This document shows positions 33,342 to 44,591 of a DNA stretch of 45,942 nucleotides, in pieces. Source of the stretch: Craspedostauros australis (taxonomy: Eukaryota); contig JALAGF010003398.1 of assembly GCA_030167865.1 (NCBI GenBank), positions 1 to 45,942 of the forward strand. The letters run 5' to 3'. Position numbers and translations under genes: made by a program. Every line of letters starts with the position of its first letter. The stretch's first letter is position 1. The notes under the pieces were generated by a model. That model ran no database searches. It was not told where the DNA came from and worked only from the letters and a program-made list of their open reading frames with translations.

Positions 33342-36220
33342 TCATACCAACTTGATGATGCAATAATGCTTGTGCGTGTCGAAGTCGAATGTCACCGTGG
33401 CATCGGGACTGGACGATGCAATTTTTTGTCGCAGTCGTTGGAGGTAGATGGAACCACTCACGGAGACCTTCACGAGTCGCCGCAGTTCTTCTGTTTGGGC
33501 CGACCCGAATTGAGCATCGATGCGTTTGGTGTGCTGGACCAGCTTGTCGGCCGTTGCCTTGCTGGATTGGAAGCATTCGGTAGCAGAGACGATGAGATCG
33601 TTCTGCGCGACCTTGTGGAAGTCGGAACCTTTGACGAAGTCGTTGTACACCAACGGAGGAGGGTGCTGGATGGCGCCGAATGCTTCGAAACGTTTGGCGA
33701 ACACTTTGCCCGGCGTTGTGAATTCGTACTCCTTGTGTTTCAGATATTCTGCTTTGCTCAATGCAGCCAGGTACTGTTTTCGTTTGATCACCAGTAGATT
33801 TGTGGAAGGAGGAGAGGAGATGGGATTTTGTGATACGGAAGTCAGATAGTGCAGTGCCATGGAGTGCCATTAGCACACGGGAGAATAGGACAATTGGAAC
33901 ATGAAATGACAGAGTGAGATGCTGCGAATGGATCAGGTAGCATTGGGCAACATGCACACATAGACGGCGAACATGCAGAGTAGAGCAGCGCGCCAAATGA
34001 TCTTTATCATCGCGTCTCCAGCACCGACCTCGGCACATCGGCACTCACCCGAACAATCCCCCTGCACAAACTCCGCTTCATGCTGACGAAGATGAAATCA
34101 AATTCATCTTCAATCTCCATCGGCGTTGGTGGTGGTGGAGGCGCCACTGTTGGTGCAGCAGCAGCCGCCTTCCCTTTCTTCTGTTTGCCGCCTTTCTTCC
34201 TGCCCTTGCTTTGTCTGGCACTGGATGCTGCAGCTGCTGCCGCTGCTTCGGCCTCCTGTTTTCGTATCGTCTCTTGACCGACCTGTTTCAGCCGTCGCAA
34301 GGATGATAGTTGACTGAGCTGAGAGGATAGCAGGTAGTCCCGATACCAGTACGCGACCATCAACTCATGGTGGCTGCAGAAGAGATCCTGCTCCACCCCC
34401 AGCACGACGAAGTGATCCATCAATTCGATCAAAGTGAGTAGCACATAGAGGCTCATGTAGGGTGGGACGGTGCCGCCTTGCGCGTGATCTCGGCGGTAGG
34501 AAGCATCCACGACGTTGGCTTCCTGCTGCAGCGATGCCCAGTCCGGCAGCATGACCGCATCCATGTAGGCTCGTTGGCGGTTGCGATTAAGTATCTGCAG
34601 CTTGAGCGTGTCGTAAATGGGCTTTGCCAGACGGCTCAAGAATGCCTGGGCGGTGGGGTGGACGAGGTGGGATTCTGGCGCTTCGGACAGCTGCTGGATG
34701 TGGCCGACGATGAGCTGGGGGAGGCCGTGCTGACCGAACACCTTGTCATCGAAGTACAGGTTGAGGATGATGAGAGATCGGACCAGGATGTTGTTGGATG
34801 ATGTCGATACATGCGATAGCATCCGCCGTATCCGTGCCAACGAATTGCCCCTCAAGAGCAGGTCGCACAGCGATTTCCGCAAATCCTGGCTTATCTGCTT
34901 CATGACCGACACGGACTCCGCCTGCGTGTGAAAGACTACCTTGCGAACTGGCGCATTGCCGACCAAGGGACGATTGACCAGAGAGTCAAATATCTTCTGC
35001 AACAAGCGTTTGATGTGGTCGTTCTTCCGTTCCTCCAACTCGGGCAAGGCAGATTCAATGCTCTTTAAGTGTGTGCCGCAGACAGCCGCAAGAAGGGACG
35101 CCTTCTCTGTCTCCGCTCGCACCGATTTGCCTGCTAATCTCGCAAGCACGATGCACGTTCGGAAGAAATCAAAGAAGAATTCCAATATCGACAACATCAG
35201 CTTTCCCTGTGGGTGTTCGTGCAGATCCAGCTTTCCGACCTCCTCGATGACATGCTTCATCAATGCGAGAGCCTGTGCCTCGTCCCTGTCTTCGAAGATT
35301 TTGATGCTGTACGTGTTGACACTGAAATCCTCCTCCTCGTAGATGTCAGCATTCAGGACGATGCTTCGGACGATATCAGTGAGCTCAAGAAGGATAATGG
35401 TGAGCGCAAAGACGATCTGCTGTGGGAGCGTTCCCTTCGGCTCGATCGTCTCCTCAATCGTCTCTTCCTTCTCTGATTGGTTGCCCTGGCCACGCTCGCT
35501 ACTTTGATGTGGTTGCTTGGTTGCGTCGGCGTCGGCGTCTGCATCTGCGTCTGCATCTGCCGCAGTTTCTGCTTTTGGGTCTGCCTTGTCTTCCGATGGC
35601 GCCTTTTGGGCGGGCGATGGAATGCCAAGTCGCTCCTTCATGTCCATGATGACGGGACGGTGTGTGTACAAGCACGTGAAGGTGCTCTCCACCACAGATG
35701 CTCCACCCAGCAGGCATTCGAATCGGACAAGGATCTCCATGGCGATGAATATGGCATCCTCCATCGTTAGATCATCCCATGGCAACGGGCAGATGCGGTC
35801 ATCGATTCCCCGCGGTGCGGGACGTGGGAACACGTAGACATCCTCCGGAGCCTTGGTGCCGTGCGGCGCAACTTGCGATGCGGGAACTTCACAGCAATCC
35901 ATCTTCTTGTCCATGATCTCCAAGGCTGCCATTGAATCTTGCAAATTGAAGGTTTCCTTGTTGCATATCATCGGATCAGCGAACGTGAGCGCAGATGCAG
36001 CACCTTCAATGAGCCACGTGATGTCCACCATCTCTTGCTTGCTCTTGGTTGTGCGAGGATTTGTGCTCATGGCCTTCTTTTTCTGCTCCTCACTTCGTGC
36101 CTCATCTTTGTGATCGCTGCTGACGCCATTCTGGCCGCCATTTGCCTCGTGTCTGTCCTTAACTCCCTCTTTGATTCTCTCCTTGGGAGCATCTGGAGTG
36201 TCTGCGGCTGATTCCGACAT
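33342..36220 (-). CDS. NAA35: NatC N-acetyltransferase auxiliary subunit NAA35/MAK10 (~867 aa, 2 exons)
   Basis: Exons 36220-34049 and 33773-33342 (junction LCRGIVR|YLAAL). Motifs DIT, FNLQDSMAALEIMDKKMD, TFTCLY, IYEEEDF, NRNRQR, YWYRDYL and RFEAF...PPPL.Y. The start ATG is uncertain. Confidence 0.9.
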
Positions 36221-36621
36221 CTCCCCTCCTTTCCACTGATCAGATGGAGTATGGTGTTCTACGCTCCAGATACACTGACTCTGGCTCCAAGAGTGTTTGG
36301 TCTTGGGCTTCCTTCCTTCCTTCCTTCCTTCTGCAGACGAAGGCGCTTCCGCCTGAGGCCTTCGCCTTGTCACAAGCAGAGCGTCCAGTGCCACTTGGGT
36401 GCCAGTCCTGCACTGATACAGTTACTCCACTGTGTATTGGTGTAGTATGAGTATGTCTCTCTCCACTCGTGCTCTCTCTAGTGCTCGTCTAGTGAGAGTG
36501 GGAGCGGTGGAGTTGGAGCACGAGCAGGAGTACGGGTACGTATGATACAATACAACCTTCTTTGATCTGATGCAGCACCAAGATCCGTCCCGAACCACTC
36601 GACGGTCTGGGTGCCAATCTG

Positions 36622-36644
36622 TCTCTCTCTCTCTCTCTCTCTCT
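36622..36644. repeat. (TC)n microsatellite
   Basis: Read directly; a (CTCA)n tract follows near 36724-36743. Confidence 0.95.
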
Positions 36645-37298
36645 AATTGCTTGTGCAATCGTGTGGCGTGGATCTCTGCCGCTATCTCTCCTCCAGGACG
36701 ACTATGGCTCCAGCCCGCACTCGCTCACTCACTCACTCACTCACCCACCCGCGCTTGCTCACTTTCATGTCTTGGCTCGGCTTTGTTTGTGCCAACGGCG
36801 ACCAAGAGCCATCCATCTCTCTTGTGCCATCGTGCATGCAGGAACTGGCATCGTGGAATTCGTGTTGGCTGGAGATCTCGTTGTGTGGGTCATGCCATTT
36901 GAGTCCTTTGAGTCAAAGAAGAGACAGTTACAAACCGTTACGTGCCCGCGCATCCCATCAAAACCTGTCCACAGGATCTGTCGAAAACAGAAATCGTGTG
37001 ATGGACCTTCCTCGGTGGATGGATTTGGACCGGCATTGTGGGGTTGATGATCGTCGAAGATGGCTGCGCAAGCAAGGGAAGCGTTCTCACAGCATAGATG
37101 AGAAAGCACATCACAGCAGATCAACGCAGTGACGGGATCATCGCAGTAACATGTGATGTCGCCTGCTTGTTGCGCGCGGCGGCGGGTTGCCTCTCCTCCA
37201 ATGTTGCCAATGCTCTCCAAACCTGCCCATAAACTGAGAAAGATCACCGCAGAACTTCATCACACCATCATTCTCACGACGCTGACCACGAAGACATC

Positions 37299-38412
37299 AT
37301 GAGCACCCACATCGAGACAAAGATAAGCAACCGCACTGCCGTCGCAGCCACCACCAACAGGAACGAAGGTTTGTTGGAACCAAGTGAAAGGGAGAGCCAA
37401 CAGAAGATCAAGGCCAACACTTCCTGGGACGGACCACTGCGAACATTGGAACGCTGCACCAAGTGCCACAAAGACACGCAGGAGAAGCTCCATGAAGTCT
37501 ACATCAATGACTATTCAGAGTAAGTTGGTATAATAGTCAACGCAAGGCTGGGACATTTGATTGCATCGTGTTTCATTGCATCGTATTGAGTTGCATGCAC
37601 TGTATGAGCTGCTTGCACTGTGGAACTTGCCTCCATTTCTCACACTCTGATTCTCATCCGTACACGTACGTCCTTCCCTTTTGCACAACAACTGCAGAGC
37701 CCAGGCATTCGATAGCAACCAAGTTCCCAGCCTCTGCTCCGAATGCCTCGTGGGCTGGCACGTCCCCGTCAAGAGAATTTCCAAACGCAAATGGCAATTC
37801 GGCTGCGTCGAGACATACGACCCCACCACCAAACGCCACTGTGTGCGTTTCAGCGACGGCGACAAGGAGCGTACCATGATTGACGCCAGGCCCTTTGACG
37901 CCTACCTCCCGCGACCCAGCGTGCCCAAATCCATCTTTCGTCCCGCGCCGGAACCCCAGCCACGCCGACGGGCGGAACACAAGCCTTGGAAGGCGTGGGA
38001 GGATGCCCTGCTGTTTCGGTTGCACGAGCGCGACAACGGCAACTGGAAGAAGATGCGACCTCTATTCCTCGACCGCACCGAGGCGCAGCTTCAGAAGCGG
38101 TTTGAGAACCTGTGCCAGCCGCTGGAGCTGAAGGACGGCGAGGACGTGGCATCCAAGGTGGAGGTCCTCTTGCGCAATGGCGGAATCCAAAGCATCGATG
38201 GCAGTGGCTTCGGTCTACTGGAGGATGGGACAAGTTGTCAGCGCTGCGGATTGCTCGTGCCATCGACGCAAACAGGGAACAAGGTGGATGGCGAAGCGGG
38301 ATGGTGCGAGAGCTGCATGGCCATGCCTGCCTATTGCAGCAACGACGTGCTTCTTGCATCGTACGGAAACACTGTCGGGAGCAAAGTGGCTTCGCCCCAT
38401 CCATCGAACTGA
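37299..38412 (+). CDS. Putative chromatin protein: C4 zinc finger, Tudor-like domain, Myb/SANT domain, C4 zinc finger (~311 aa, 2 exons)
   Basis: Exons 37299-37519 and 37698-38412 (GTAAGT...CAG, phase 2). CTKC...CSEC; Tudor LVGWHV.V.....KWQFGCVETYD....RHCVRFSDGDKE; Myb PWKAWEDALL......GNWKKM...F.DRT..QLQKRF; CQRC...CESC. Confidence 0.78.
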
Positions 38413-38870
38413 TGCGCTGGATGACCGGAGCAATCACGCGGAGACGATGGGAACACAAGAGCATGTGAAGGATATTGGAGAGTCACACCACGGGGTGCTG
38501 ACATGTGTGTAGAAAACAATCATTAATTGGGAGCTAACAATGTAGCAGAATGCCTCAGTGTATTTTATACTATCATCCTCGCAGCAGAAGCATTGACGCG
38601 ACTCGAACTGTATTGTGTGGATGTACGTGTGCGTGTGTTGCAGAGTATGTAGGGTTATGAGTGCTTGAGTAATCTACGTATTTGTGGATGGAACTGGCCA
38701 GCTCTTCCACGATGATCCTGCCACAGGAGATGGCAATCTATTGTACAAAATAACATGTGTAAGGAGGTTGATGAAAGATCTCAATCGAGCGATGTCCTTC
38801 CATCTCCATGAATCAAGACCTTTGCAATTCCCTTCGTCGACGGATATGTTCGGTGAGGCAATGCCGTACT

Positions 38871-40670
38871 CTAATTGTAGTCGAGCTCAAGAAACCGAAG
38901 CGGTTCGGTGCTGTCGGCGCCCCACGTTGGGCAATGGCAGAGGCTTCGATCGGAGATCTGGCTGATATCGATGACGAATCCTTTGTCCTGGTACTTCAAT
39001 CCAAAGTTGAAGATGCCCGGCACTCGAAGGTCCGCCGTGAAATCTGCATCGAGGACGAGCTTGCCCGCGTGGTAGTCGGCCACGATCTGCAAGGCTTGGA
39101 ACTTGTCCGGTTCCAGTTTGGCAATGATCATGATGTCGGTGATGGACATGGCGGCGGAGTACGCTGGTGGGATTGTGAACGTTCCCACCTGGGCATTGTC
39201 GTACCGAAAGACTCCGCTGCCCTTGTCTAGCACCACGTTGACGTGGTTGACGTTCTTGATGGAGATGAGGATTTCGAAGCTGGCACCGAGATGGAAGGAT
39301 ACGATCTGGGAGATGATGCCTGACCACGCCACCGCGTCATTGCAGACGTTGTAATCGGGGATGATTGGATAGAGGTAGATGACGACGATGGCGAGGAGGA
39401 CGATGAATGCGACCGCGACGTAGTAAAAGTAAGAACAAAACTGGTAGAGCCGACCCATGTGCGTCGGGGGGTCCATGTCGGCCATGGCGTAAAGATCTTG
39501 CGGGTTGTTGCTGTCGAACGCATCAATATTGGCGCTGGAAGTTGCGGGCAGCAGGGGAGTGCTGAGAGCATCTTGGATGGGAGGGCAGACGCCTTCCGAC
39601 TCGGGTTGTTCTTGTTCTTGTTGCTGCTGCTGCTGACTTTGCTGTTTGGATGCCTGTTCCTTTCCTCCTTCAGACGCTTCGGATTGTGCTGCTGCTGCTG
39701 CCTCCGCGTTGTCTGAAGGAGACGGATGAAGCGGTTGCTCTTCATCGTTGATCTGTTCGTGGACGTCCGGCGTGCCATCAGCTGCGGCAGTGCTGTGCTC
39801 ATCTTCATCCTCGTCGCCCTCCGCATGGGTCTGGAGGTTGGATTGGAATTCGGACGGTCGGAAGGTGGGACCGCCAATCACGGATAGCGGCGCGACGGAC
39901 GCGGCGACGGTCATGGTGGCGAGCTCATCGTACGATCCCTTGACTTCGCCCATGCAGCAGTAGCAGCAAGTGATGAAGCCGATGAGGGCGGATGCGACGC
40001 CGATGACGCAACCCATGGCCCAGAGCGGCATGTCGGTGATGATGAACTTGTCGAGCTTCTGCGGCTTGTCACGACGGCACCGGTCGTTGGAGTAGCAGTC
40101 CACCCCGATGCTGCAGCCGTAGGGCGATCCCACTGCATGACAGGCATTGTCGAACTCGCACCAGTGGCACAGATGCGACGCCAAGGCGCATTCGGAGCAC
40201 GTGTTGTGCGATGCGCACGTGGTGTTTTCCTTGGGAGCAGGCTTCGGCTTCGGTCCCGGCTTGGCCTTGCAGTCGCTGCCCCAGACGCATCCATGCACGC
40301 TTCCTCTGGCGTGACACGCGTCATCCGCATCGCACCAGTGACACGTGTAGGTGTTTGTGCAGGCCTTGCAATCGAAGATGGTGGCGCAGGTGCTGTTCTC
40401 GCCATCCACCGCGACATCCAGGTCGCTATCAATGTCGAGATCAAACAGAATCTCATCTTGTTCCTTCCATGTGCCAGTCTGAATGCTTGCGGTGTCGTAG
40501 TTGTGTCTATCGTTGTTGATGGTATCACTGTGTGCGGTGGTCGCTGCGGTGAATGAATCTGGTGGAGCAACTCCTTGCGTCGCCATCACAGCGACGAAGT
40601 TCGCCGCAATCGCCATCATTCCCACCATTATCGCGGCTGATCGCATCCTGGATCTCATCCATGCCATCAT
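38871..40670 (-). CDS. Membrane protein: signal peptide, two PSI-like repeats, TM with Cys cluster, acidic linker, second TM, LEA_2-like domain (~599 aa)
   Basis: Two repeats of C....C..C.....CHWC.....CHA.GS..GC..G.DC. TM1 ends in TCCYCC and TM2 is YYVAVAFIVLLAIVVIYLYP. LEA_2-like ISIKNVNHVNV.L......F.YDNAQVG. The start ATG is inferred from the signal peptide. Confidence 0.78.
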   Translation of the reverse strand: MMAWMRSRMRSAAIMVGMMAIAANFVAVMATQGVAPPDSFTAATTAHSDTINNDRHNYDTASIQTGTWKEQDEILFDLDIDSDLDVAVDGENSTCATIFDCKACTNTYTCHWCDADDACHARGSVHGCVWGSDCKAKPGPKPKPAPKENTTCASHNTCSECALASHLCHWCEFDNACHAVGSPYGCSIGVDCYSNDRCRRDKPQKLDKFIITDMPLWAMGCVIGVASALIGFITCCYCCMGEVKGSYDELATMTVAASVAPLSVIGGPTFRPSEFQSNLQTHAEGDEDEDEHSTAAADGTPDVHEQINDEEQPLHPSPSDNAEAAAAAQSEASEGGKEQASKQQSQQQQQQEQEQPESEGVCPPIQDALSTPLLPATSSANIDAFDSNNPQDLYAMADMDPPTHMGRLYQFCSYFYYVAVAFIVLLAIVVIYLYPIIPDYNVCNDAVAWSGIISQIVSFHLGASFEILISIKNVNHVNVVLDKGSGVFRYDNAQVGTFTIPPAYSAAMSITDIMIIAKLEPDKFQALQIVADYHAGKLVLDADFTADLRVPGIFNFGLKYQDKGFVIDISQISDRSLCHCPTWGADSTEPLRFLELDYN

Positions 40671-41766
40671 GATGTTGTGTCGCGCTTTGCGCTTTGCACT
40701 TGAGGATCTTGGGCTCTTGCGTTTGGAGGCAGGGAGGTTGAATGCCTTGGAGGTGTCGTGTGCGGATGTGTGCAGATACAATGATTTTCGTTGCGGCGAA
40801 GTTCTTTTGTCACATGAATGATGATGCTGGGACTTCGACGCGCAACGACGCAATTTCTTCGCGCTTCGCGAAGACCGTTCAACATCTCTCCTTTTCTTCG
40901 CGTTGTTCTGGTTTGCGTCGTGTTGATTCGTTTGTGCATCGTTGACACTTCTTTCGTGGGATTCCAACGAATCTGTTCGTTCGTGATCCTCGACTCATTG
41001 GATCTTCCTTTCCACATATATTGGGACTCATTAAGTACACTGTTTGCGGGAGTCAAGATGGCGAACAGAATGGTTGATTCGTGCAGAAACGAGAACTCAT
41101 CGATGAGATCTCCTTCGGTTTGAGACAGAATGCGCCCAACACGACCCCGTGCGAAAAGGAGAGACGCAAACACAACGCGAAAAGATCGGAGCGAGAGACA
41201 AGCAAAGACAGCGAGACGAGAGGTTCTCCCCCAAGATCTGACCTTTTGGTGCGAGGAGCTGCGCATCCAGCCTTTCTCAAATCATTGCGCACATCGCCAT
41301 ACTTCCAACAAATCCTGAGACTTTCTCATCTGCCAATCCATTTGCTGATCCTGCTGCATGTTATTATTAATAAGATATACACAAGATAATACAATCATTG
41401 AGCGAATTCCATCATCGCCAAGACATTGCGTTCATCACTGACGAGGCATCAAGGGAAGGCAAGCAGAGCACCATCGCTACTAGTATCAAAGGGCAATTCC
41501 TTGCGCACCAGTGCTTCCCACTAATAGGAGTACGACAACCGCCGGCTATCATCACAACACTTCCACGCTCCTGCATCCACATCGTCCACCACGTTGACAC
41601 CATTCCCGATCCAACGACGTCACGGACATCACAGCCATCACGGACATCACTGACATCACGGGCCGCACCGAGAGACACGAGCATCAGGAGCGCACTCTCT
41701 CCAGAGAGACGAGTGATAGAAACACCAGGAGCACCCACACCGCACCACACTACACCACACCGCATC

Positions 41767-41802
41767 CATACGCACGTTCATACGCACATTCATACGCACA
41801 TT
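41767..41802. repeat. 12-bp tandem repeat (CATACGCACRTT) x3
   Basis: Read directly; ends 40 bp upstream of the ATG at 41843. Confidence 0.9.
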
Positions 41803-41842
41803 CATAGCAACACCAAAATCCACACTGAAGAGAACGACCAGA

Positions 41843-42664
41843 ATGGATGAGGAAAGCATCAGCCCGCGATGCGTGCAGAGCACGGTGGACGCCTGCCTGT
41901 GGCAATGTCCGCAGCCGTTCCAGCCCTACATCTCCATGAACCTCAACACCCTGCCCAAGCTGCTCAACCACCTGCTGGTCATGATGGGAATATGCGACCT
42001 CTTCCTCTTCCTGTCATCGTGGTCCATCTCCTACCTCGTCTTCCTCGCCTCCATGTTCCTCAACCTGCAGACTGCCTGCGTGGCTGTCGTGGCCAACAAC
42101 AAGGGACGCATGCCCTTCGTGCCGAGGTTCCTCTCGCCAAACGAATTCATCGTCGGCGTTTCCTTGGGCATCACCATCGGCGGCACCCTGCTGTCGATGG
42201 CCCTCTTCCTTGTCTTTGGCAAGACCCGCAAACTGTGCAGGGGGATCGAACAGATGGATGGCAGCTCGCCGCAGATAGCCGAATTGCATCTGGGAATTCT
42301 GGATCTCTGCAACTACCGCAGCTCTGCGGTGCGGGCTGTCTGGTTCTGGAGCTTCGTCCTCTTCTGGTTGCAATTCGCAACGTGCATCCTCCTCGCGGCC
42401 GCGCGTCACGACATCGCATCGCTCGCCAACCACCAGTACAACAGCATCGGCATTGACGAGATCCGCGAGATCCACCAGGTCCATGCCAACCGTGTGAATT
42501 ACCAATCGCAAACGCATCCACCGTCGGGGAATTCGACTGGCGGACTCAACGGCGGGGCTGGTAACGCAGGTGCCATGGCATCCAACGGCGTCAAGAACAA
42601 CCAGGGTTCGCCTGGCAAGTTTGCGACGCCGCCGGACGTCAGCACTGGTCTCATGTCGAAATAG
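41843..42664 (+). CDS. Hypothetical protein with about 4 TM helices (273 aa)
   Basis: Strong C3 codon bias, about four hydrophobic segments, a Cys pair in the loop between TM3 and TM4, and a YNSI motif in the tail. Confidence 0.72.
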   Translation: MDEESISPRCVQSTVDACLWQCPQPFQPYISMNLNTLPKLLNHLLVMMGICDLFLFLSSWSISYLVFLASMFLNLQTACVAVVANNKGRMPFVPRFLSPNEFIVGVSLGITIGGTLLSMALFLVFGKTRKLCRGIEQMDGSSPQIAELHLGILDLCNYRSSAVRAVWFWSFVLFWLQFATCILLAAARHDIASLANHQYNSIGIDEIREIHQVHANRVNYQSQTHPPSGNSTGGLNGGAGNAGAMASNGVKNNQGSPGKFATPPDVSTGLMSK

Positions 42665-43370
42665 AGTGCTGCTCGACGAGCATGGTGTGCTGCCATTGTG
42701 GTCGAAGACGGCGGGCACATTGACGTTCGTGCACGTGCCTTTTGCATTCGCAAACGCGTAGAGACAAGTCGGATGCAGATGAAGAGACGGATGGAAACGC
42801 AGATGAAACGATGGGCGGGAATGCATCCAATGGATTTGAGGATGAGTACTCTGCGACAGCGTACCTCAATGAGATCGCCGTCGCGAAATCGTGGAGCGTA
42901 TGTCTTCCACGACACAACCCAAGACAATGGATAGGTACGAGTGAGCATTCTATTATACTACTCTGTCCATTACTCTGCCCATTACTCTGTGGATTTTCAA
43001 TGAGCAAATTCGACGAGTGAGAGTGGTACACTAACCAATATAATATTATAGAACAGTGCAGATACAATTGAATGCCCCTTCTTGGAGTCTTCGTCCGTCA
43101 TGTCCGTCCCGTTCATCGTGATGTTGCCCACCTCCATCATTTCCACGAAAAGAGGGGATTGTGTTTGCACCCCTCTGCCCGCCAAAATCAAAGATCCACG
43201 TCCAAGAAAGGCACGAATCGGCAATGGCCATACAACACAAAACACAAGGCAGACCAGAGCGGAGCAGCATGCCATGAGCAACCCTTGGCCAACCCTTGAC
43301 CTCGCCCTTTGACATACCCTTCAACGCACCCCGATGACACCAGCACAACAGCAAGCACAACAGCAAGCAC

Positions 43371-44591
43371 ATGAGGCAGTGGCAACGGAGAGCGAAGATC
43401 CACAGATGCTTGGTCGCCTTGATCGGTCTTTGGTTCTGCTTCACGGCGAGGATCATCCTTCGCTTCGATCCTTCCCAAGATGATGGAGCATCACAAACTG
43501 CGACGGGCATGGTCAATGGAAGTAGCAACATCAGCAGCAACATCAGCAGCAACATCAGCACCAGCAGCGATGGAAACAGCGGCAGCCACCATCGTCTCTC
43601 ATCGACCAACTGCGACGCCAAAAAGTCCTTCAATGACATCCTGAGTTGCGTGCCTTCCGATGCAAGGCTCCAGCTCAATGGATCCTGCGCCGCCTCCATC
43701 CAAACCTGGTCCGACGTCCAGCGCTGTCTCAATGGTCCTCGTCCATGGCTGAAACACCAGCAGCAGCAGAAGCTCACGATCCATCTCATCGGCGAACGCA
43801 ACTCCGGCACCAAGTGGATCGTCCAGGAACTGCAAAGCTGCTTCCCAACCACAATTCAGATTCAGCGCGATCTCTTTGGGCGATCGAAGCATTTCTTTCA
43901 GCGTCTGCCTGGATGGAACCCTGCAGTGTATGGCTCCCACATCGTCATCGCCATCGTCCGGGAACCCGTCGAATGGGTGGCGGCCATGATTGCGAAGCCG
44001 TATCACATGACGCTGCACCAGAAGGGATTTGACAGCGACAGCAAACCAATCCCATTGCCGTGGCAAGAGTTCGTGCGCAAACCATGGACGATGAACCGCT
44101 CCAAGCGTGACGCCAAAGTCGTGCAGATGCGCAAGAAACATCCGCGCCAACACTTGCCATGCCGCAATGGCATGCAGTATCACGAAGTCATCCCATGCCG
44201 CTTCGACGGCGGCACCATCCCCGACAACCTCGTGCGCGAGCAGTATCCCATCTACGAGCTGAAACGCGGTGGCAATCGATCCATCGACGAAGCCTACAAT
44301 CACATTCTCGAATTGCGCAGCGACAAGATCGTCAACTTCATGTTGGAAGTGCCGATGCTGCTGGGATTGGGCGGATACCTGGCGGTGCGATACGAAGATC
44401 TCGTGCGCAACGGCACGGCCCTTCTGATGCGGCAGGTCGGTGCGATGGTGGGAATGCGGGATCTGCCGGCGTCGTGCAAGCCGCAGGCGCCGCGTCCCGA
44501 GATGCTTGGGAGGCGCAAGATTCCGGATGGACTGCGGCACTGGGTTTTGGCGCATCGCGACGAAGAGACGGAGCGTTTGGTGGGGTACTAG
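43371..44591 (+). CDS. Type II membrane sulfotransferase-fold protein (406 aa)
   Basis: N-terminal TM anchor; 5'-PSB-like loop IHLIGERNSGTKWI; 3'-PB-like AIVREPVEW; VRYEDL; C-terminal ETERLVGY. Confidence 0.78.
   Translation: MRQWQRRAKIHRCLVALIGLWFCFTARIILRFDPSQDDGASQTATGMVNGSSNISSNISSNISTSSDGNSGSHHRLSSTNCDAKKSFNDILSCVPSDARLQLNGSCAASIQTWSDVQRCLNGPRPWLKHQQQQKLTIHLIGERNSGTKWIVQELQSCFPTTIQIQRDLFGRSKHFFQRLPGWNPAVYGSHIVIAIVREPVEWVAAMIAKPYHMTLHQKGFDSDSKPIPLPWQEFVRKPWTMNRSKRDAKVVQMRKKHPRQHLPCRNGMQYHEVIPCRFDGGTIPDNLVREQYPIYELKRGGNRSIDEAYNHILELRSDKIVNFMLEVPMLLGLGGYLAVRYEDLVRNGTALLMRQVGAMVGMRDLPASCKPQAPRPEMLGRRKIPDGLRHWVLAHRDEETERLVGY

Noticed and set aside
42742-43020. 92-aa acidic ORF downstream of the 4-TM gene
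   Set aside because: Non-ATG start, short, no motif; most likely 3'UTR or intergenic sequence.
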